Program-made: the position numbers and the translations under genes
Shown: one piece after another, positions 58,939 through 64,000 of the stretch
Numbering within the stretch: position 1 is the stretch's first letter
Layout of the letters: every line of letters begins with the position of its first letter
The notes under the pieces: generated by a model
Seen by the model: the letters and a program-made list of their open reading frames with translations, nothing else
Told to the model about the DNA's origin: nothing
Databases searched by the model: none
NCBI GenBank assembly: GCA_045863235.1
Contig: BTUM01000039.1
Coordinates: 8,025-72,024 of the forward strand
Direction: 5' to 3'
Length of the DNA stretch: 64,000 nt
Origin: Candidatus Xenobia bacterium
Lineage (GTDB): Bacteria > Vulcanimicrobiota > Xenobia > Xenobiales > QWHO01

Positions 58939-61900
58939 TCACTCCTCTTCCTCCTCATCCTCGAGCCCGAAGTCGAGCTCGTCTTCCTGGCTCTGCTCGC
59001 CCCGGCGCGCGCGCCGCCTCTCCTCAGCCTCGCGCAGCTCGCGCACCTTGTCGGGGAACCGGGCCAAAAAGTCGGCCCGGGCGGCGTCGGAGCCGGGCTC
59101 GTCGAGGCGAAAGTCGGGGCCGAGCTCGTCGGGGGACTGCAGGCGCAGCTCCCACTGGCAGGCCTTCTCGGGGTGGTGCTTCCAGAACGAGCCGTGGGCC
59201 ACGGCTAAAGATGGGTCCTGGCGGCACTTTGCCTCCACCCGGGTGGGGAAGTAGCGGCGGGCCAGCTTGGACCAGTCGTAGTCCTTGCGCCCTCTGGCGG
59301 TGCAGAGCTCGGTCCACCAGGTGAGGGGGTCTTTCTTCCACTGGGGCTCGAGCAGGGGCCAGAGGGCGGCGGCGTTGATCATGACGCCGTCGTCGAGACT
59401 CATGGCAAAGCGGGCGTCGGCCTCGCGTGGAGGGCAGCGGGGAGGGGAGGGGGCGCCCCGCTCGGCGATCTCCTGGACCGATCGCAAAAAGGCGAGCAGC
59501 TCCTCATAGAGGGCCTGCACTTCATTGGAGCGCGCCTGGGCCCGGGTCTGCGAGGCGCGATCGCCGGTGGCGCGCGCCTGGGCAAGGTCGGCCAGCTCGG
59601 CTTTGAGCCGGCCCGACTCGCTCTGGAGAAAGTCGGCCAGCAGCACCTGCAGGGTGTGGTCGCTCCAGCGGTGGATCGAGCACCAGGCCACGAACGAGCG
59701 GCGCGCCGAAGAGAGCGGGAAGTAGATGGGACGCTTCTCGTAGCGCTTGAGGTGGTCGTCGGGGAAGTGCCTGGTGCGCAAATACTCGCGAAGGTCGGCG
59801 CAGCGCGGAGCGATGAGCGCGCCGTGCTCTTGCCAGGCGCGGAGCAGGGGGGCGGCGGCGGGGTGCTCGAGGCTGTCGGGGCCGCCGGCGGCGCTGAGGT
59901 ACAGGATGCCGTGGGGCAGCGCGCCGGCCGGGGCCACCTCGAGGATGCCCTGCCCCTCGGCCCCGAACCGGCCCAGGGCCACGCCCAGGGCAAAGCTCAG
60001 GTGGTCGACCTGGGGCTCGGGGTCGAGCTTCGGCTCGTAGGCGGGGAGGGGAGCGCCGGCCGGCCGGTCGACGGCCCGCTGGGCCCACTCCTGGGCGGTG
60101 CGCCAGGGGGAGGGCCCGGGGCGGCGGAACTCGACCGAGGTCTCGCGGGCCTCCTCGTGCTGCGTGAAGGCCTCCTCGAGCCGGGCCACGATGGCCTCGG
60201 CCGACTCGATGGGGAAGAGGGGGAGCCGGTTCACGTCGCCCACCTCGAAGCCGATGCCGGGGTTGAGGGACTCGAGCACCTGGCGGGCGGTGGCCGAGTT
60301 CATCAGGCAGAGGGTCTGGGGGATGTCGCCCGGGAAGACGGAGGAGCCCTTGTTGCCGAAGACGCTGCGGTAGCGGTGGGCGCGGGCGGTGAAGCTGGAG
60401 CCGATCATGGAGAAGGCCACGCCGGGCACGAAGTAGTAGGGCTCGTTTTGGATCCTCTTCGTGTAGCTGGAATATCGAAATTCGTGCAGAGTTTTAAGTT
60501 CCAGCAACGAGCAGGAACTGCGCACTACACATTCAAGATCCTCATACCAGATGCGCCCGGTCGCCCCCCGAATGTAGGGAGCCCAAGTCTGGTGGTTCTT
60601 TGGCAGCAGCTGACTTGCCTGCACCATGAGAATGTCCTGGGCCATGATCTCCCAGTTAAGCCGAAGAAATCGCGTGTCATCGCAAGTGCAGAGACCCTTC
60701 CCAACGCGGGCCACGTCACCGAGCTTGGGCGTGTTGGCGTAGCGGCGGAGGAAGGCTTCGTCCCACCAGTAGATCAGGGGATGCCCGGGGACCACCGCCA
60801 GGCGCTCGGGCACGAACTCGTAGCGCTCATAGCCGCACAGCAGAGCCGAGTGCTTGCGGGGGGTGCGCCGGGCATCGCGCGAGCGGTCTTCGCGCGGCGT
60901 CGGCAGAATCCCCACGCAGGCCGTCGAGGTCGGTTCGTGGCGCCAGAACAGGCTGATGACCACGGCCACCAGCTCATCGAGCACCAGCTCGAACCCGCCC
61001 CGGTCAAGATCGCCCAGCAGGCGCAGGTCGAAGCCTTCGAGCAGCTTCCGGCGCAGCTTCTCGAACTGGCCCAGGAACATCCATCCCCGCAGCGTTAAGA
61101 GCGCCGAGTATCCGCCTGGACAGCTGAGCTCCAACCCGCGCAGCAGAAAGGCCGCATAGAGGTCAACCCTGGCCTCGGGGTAGTGCCGGGCAAGATAACC
61201 GAAATCGCTGGCCTTGCCCGCGTTCTGATAAGGCGGATTCCCAACCACCAGGTGGTACTGCCCCTCGCGCAGCATGCGAACAAACCGCACCCCCGCCGCC
61301 AGCTGCTCTCCCCGCAGCCGCAGCCCCAGGTCGTCGCCGCGCGTGTGGCGGGCCACGAACCCCTCCAGAAGCTGCACCAGGCTGACCCGCGCCTCTTCCA
61401 ACGTCAGCTCCTGCGCGCGGGCCGGAGCGGCGCGGAACAGTTCTCCCTGAGTGGGCAGCGAGCGGGCGAATCCCACCGTCTTCTCGTGCTCTTCCAGGGC
61501 CCGATCCACCGCCTCGCTCACCTTGAGCAGGCTGCCCAGGTAGTCGGCCCCCTTGAGCGATTCCACCACCCGGCCGGTGAGGGCGGCCGGGATGCCGGTC
61601 TCGCGCTCCACCGCCTGCTCGAGCTCGAGCAGGGCGGGGTCGTTTTTGGGCAGCGTCCCGAGCCCCAGGTTGGAGGCCACCAGGTGCAGCCGGGCGGGGG
61701 CGGCCTGCGGGGCGCAGGTCTTGAGCTTGAGCCACACGGCGGCGGCGGCGATCTGCACCGCGCGCGGGTCGAGATCGATCCCGTGGAGGTTCTGCTCCAC
61801 AATCCAGCCGGCGATCTGCTCGCGCGTCCAGCGCTCTCCCCGGTGGCGCGCTTCTTCTTCATACAGGGGCACTAAAAGCGAGAAGGCGATCACCAGAAAA

Positions 61901-62964
61901 TGCCCCGAGCCGCAGGCCGGGTCGAGCAGCTTCAGCTCGCGCAGGCTCGCGGGCGCAAAGCCGGCGGCATCGGAGGGCAGCTCTCTTGGAACCCAGTACT
62001 TCCAGCGCTCTTCTTCGTCGGTATCGAGCGGCATCAGCGCCTCCAGCGTCACCTCGCCCCGCTCGCGCTTGCCGCGCCACTCCGCGCGTCGCTCCTCCAG
62101 CCGCTCGAGCGTGCCGTTTCGCGCCACCTCGCTTGTCCAGCCGTGGCGCGCGCAGATGGCCATCCACAGCTGGCCCAGGCTGTTTTGCAGCAGCCACTCC
62201 ACCATGTAGCGGTCGGTGAAGAGCTGGGTTTTGGCTGCGATCTCGTGATTTTCGATCTTGCCGCCGGTGCGGATCTTCTCGTCCAACGCCTCGCGCTCGG
62301 GGTCGTTCCAGAACTGGTAGACCCAGCCGAGCACGGTATCGTCGCCCCACAGGCTGGCCCGGTCGCCCTCGCTCAGCTCCTCTGCCTCCAGCGCTTCCAC
62401 CACCGCCCGCAGGGTGGCCGTGGGCACGCCGATGAGCGCGTTCAGCCCCACTTCGCCGAAAAGGCCGGGCAGGTCCAGGGCCAGCTCCTCGAACACCAGG
62501 CGCAGGAAGAACCCGTAGCCCTCGTCGGCATCGGCCGCCAGAGCCGGAGCAAAGTCGCGCAGCTCGCGGTAGCCCGGGCTGCTCCACCCGCCCGTGACCG
62601 CCCTGACCCGCACCAGCCCCAGCGCCTCCATCTGCCGCAGCACCACCAGCCGGTTGACCAGGGTGGCCCCGGCCAGCTTGACGGCCCCCTCCAGGTGGCG
62701 CTTGCGGGCTTCTTCCAGCGTCTCTTTCGCCCCCCGCGTGCCGGCCCGGGCCTGCTCGTCGAGCAACCTCTCGAGGCGCCGCCGGCGCTGGTGGCGGTCG
62801 TGGCTCAGCCCGGCCCGATCGAGGGGGAGGCTGAGCCGGTAGACCGACTGCAGCTCGTCGGCGAGATCTTTCAAGAGCAGCTCGCGCAGCCTGCGCACCG
62901 TGCTCGAGAGCCAGGCCTTGGCTTCGGTGGTCATCCGGGTGGGACGAACGACGGTGGTGCTCAT
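58939..62964 (-). CDS. pglX: BREX PglX-type adenine DNA methyltransferase (BREX-6-like)
   Basis: KTQLFTDRYMVEWLLQNSLG, LLDPACGSGHFL, VVGNPPY, YEKRPIY, LDDGVMIN, YDWSKLA..YFP.RV..KC..D.SLAVAHG. ATG at 62964 after AGGAGG. Confidence 0.88.
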   Translation of the reverse strand: MSTTVVRPTRMTTEAKAWLSSTVRRLRELLLKDLADELQSVYRLSLPLDRAGLSHDRHQRRRRLERLLDEQARAGTRGAKETLEEARKRHLEGAVKLAGATLVNRLVVLRQMEALGLVRVRAVTGGWSSPGYRELRDFAPALAADADEGYGFFLRLVFEELALDLPGLFGEVGLNALIGVPTATLRAVVEALEAEELSEGDRASLWGDDTVLGWVYQFWNDPEREALDEKIRTGGKIENHEIAAKTQLFTDRYMVEWLLQNSLGQLWMAICARHGWTSEVARNGTLERLEERRAEWRGKRERGEVTLEALMPLDTDEEERWKYWVPRELPSDAAGFAPASLRELKLLDPACGSGHFLVIAFSLLVPLYEEEARHRGERWTREQIAGWIVEQNLHGIDLDPRAVQIAAAAVWLKLKTCAPQAAPARLHLVASNLGLGTLPKNDPALLELEQAVERETGIPAALTGRVVESLKGADYLGSLLKVSEAVDRALEEHEKTVGFARSLPTQGELFRAAPARAQELTLEEARVSLVQLLEGFVARHTRGDDLGLRLRGEQLAAGVRFVRMLREGQYHLVVGNPPYQNAGKASDFGYLARHYPEARVDLYAAFLLRGLELSCPGGYSALLTLRGWMFLGQFEKLRRKLLEGFDLRLLGDLDRGGFELVLDELVAVVISLFWRHEPTSTACVGILPTPREDRSRDARRTPRKHSALLCGYERYEFVPERLAVVPGHPLIYWWDEAFLRRYANTPKLGDVARVGKGLCTCDDTRFLRLNWEIMAQDILMVQASQLLPKNHQTWAPYIRGATGRIWYEDLECVVRSSCSLLELKTLHEFRYSSYTKRIQNEPYYFVPGVAFSMIGSSFTARAHRYRSVFGNKGSSVFPGDIPQTLCLMNSATARQVLESLNPGIGFEVGDVNRLPLFPIESAEAIVARLEEAFTQHEEARETSVEFRRPGPSPWRTAQEWAQRAVDRPAGAPLPAYEPKLDPEPQVDHLSFALGVALGRFGAEGQGILEVAPAGALPHGILYLSAAGGPDSLEHPAAAPLLRAWQEHGALIAPRCADLREYLRTRHFPDDHLKRYEKRPIYFPLSSARRSFVAWCSIHRWSDHTLQVLLADFLQSESGRLKAELADLAQARATGDRASQTRAQARSNEVQALYEELLAFLRSVQEIAERGAPSPPRCPPREADARFAMSLDDGVMINAAALWPLLEPQWKKDPLTWWTELCTARGRKDYDWSKLARRYFPTRVEAKCRQDPSLAVAHGSFWKHHPEKACQWELRLQSPDELGPDFRLDEPGSDAARADFLARFPDKVRELREAEERRRARRGEQSQEDELDFGLEDEEEEE

Positions 62965-63070
62965 CGGGCCTCCTGAGGAAGGTGGATCCAAGGGCGCTTC
63001 CGTCCGGCGGGGCGGCTCCCCTTCCCGTCGGGGGCGGGAGGCCCCGGGGAAGCGGGCAGGGAATTTCGCC

Positions 63071-63622
63071 ATGATGCTGACTGCCCGCGAGCGCCGACGT
63101 TTCACCACCGAGGAGTACCTCTGGCTGGAAGAGCGCTCGGAAACGAAAAGCGAGTACCTCGACGGCGAGATCTTCGCCTTGACCGGGGGCAGCCTGGCCC
63201 ATGCCCAGATCGCAAGCAACCTGATCCGAGAGCTTGGCCTGGCTCTCAAGGGGACGACTTGCCGGGTGCTCGGCTCGGACATGCGAGTCTACGTCCAGCG
63301 CTCGAAGCTCTTCACTTACCCCGACGTCACGGTTGTGCGCGGCCCCGCGGTCCTCTTGCCGGGGCGCAAGGACACGCTCTGCGACGCCCGCGTCATCGTG
63401 GAGGTGCTCTCCCCCTCCACCGAAAGCTATGACCGCGGCGAGAAGTTTCGCCTCTACCAGAAGCTGCCCTCGCTGAAGGAGTATGTTCTGGTGCCCCAGG
63501 ACAGTCGAGCGATCGAGTGCTGGCGTCGCCAGGGCCCGCGCAAGTGGACCGCGGGTGAGGCGCCCTTCAGCTCTCTCGAGATCGAGGTCCCGGTGGAGGC
63601 CCTTTACGACGGCGTGTCCTGA
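63071..63622 (+). CDS. Uma2 (DUF820) family endonuclease
   Basis: EEYL..E..SETKSEYLDGEI, YPDV, IVEVLSPSTESYDRGEKF..Y..LPSLKEYVLV. Confidence 0.93.
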   Translation: MMLTARERRRFTTEEYLWLEERSETKSEYLDGEIFALTGGSLAHAQIASNLIRELGLALKGTTCRVLGSDMRVYVQRSKLFTYPDVTVVRGPAVLLPGRKDTLCDARVIVEVLSPSTESYDRGEKFRLYQKLPSLKEYVLVPQDSRAIECWRRQGPRKWTAGEAPFSSLEIEVPVEALYDGVS

Positions 63623-63741
63623 TCGAGCTTGCCGGGCGAAGGCATCGCGCGAGGACGTCGTCGCTCCCACGCGCTCAGCTTTCCCACGGTAACTGCGACG
63701 CCTCTGCATCTGGCTCTGATGACGAAAGACCAGCTCATCCA

Positions 63742-64000
63742 CTGCGAGCTTTACCGAGATGACTCTGCTCCGTGCGGTCGGGTTCCCCGCCTGCGGCCCT
63801 TCCAGCCTCCTGAATCGAACAAAGGGTCGATACCGCCGGTTCAAAAAACGAGCACCTGTTTGGTTACCGGACTCACTTCGACGAAGGCTTCTGTCACTCC
63901 GGGGTTGACACGTGTTCCGCGGCCCTGCGAGCTTTACCGGGATGGCTCTGCTCCGTGCGGTCGGGTTCCCAGCCTGCGGCCTTTCCAGCCTCCTGAATCG
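63742..64000. repeat. Direct repeat of at least 76 bp with 183-bp period, second copy cut by window end
   Basis: 63742-63817 vs 63925-64000, 4 mismatches in 76 nt. Confidence 0.92.

Noticed and set aside
62965..63282. N-terminal extension of pglX in the ORF track
   Set aside because: Antisense to the Uma2 gene. AGGAGG supports ATG at 62964.

Overview
High-GC bacterial chromosome window. A Candidatus Eremiobacterota/Vulcanimicrobiota-like source is a weak guess from gene style only. About 1-40 kb is mostly housekeeping and envelope genes: a partial SMUG1-type uracil glycosylase, UbiD-family decarboxylase, trxA, rplJ-rplL with an L10 leader, pncB, type-2 ileS, murE-murF, glycosyltransferases and a hybrid histidine kinase/receiver/PilZ operon. 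Unusual signalling or secreted proteins are interspersed: a Ser/Thr kinase-class III cyclase fusion coupled to a Nudix gene, a DA1-like protease and a subtilase without a signal peptide. About 40-52 kb holds a MazF-type toxin-antitoxin pair bracketed by 21-bp direct repeats, a large lipoprotein, a coupled five-gene operon (atypical GT1, double cupin, ALDH, saccharopine-DH-like, ALDH) and a GMC oxidoreductase. About 52-64 kb looks like a defence/accessory island: an AAA ATPase-DUF4143 gene coupled to a Schlafen/AlbA_2 gene behind a palindromic operator, a DUF222-like HNH gene, a broken MBL hydrolase, a BREX PglX-type methyltransferase without its usual neighbours, a Uma2 nuclease and a 76-bp repeat running off the window end. 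No tRNA, rRNA or CRISPR array was seen. All family calls come from motif recognition by eye, not database searches. Several starts were moved from the ORF track using RBS and overlap evidence.
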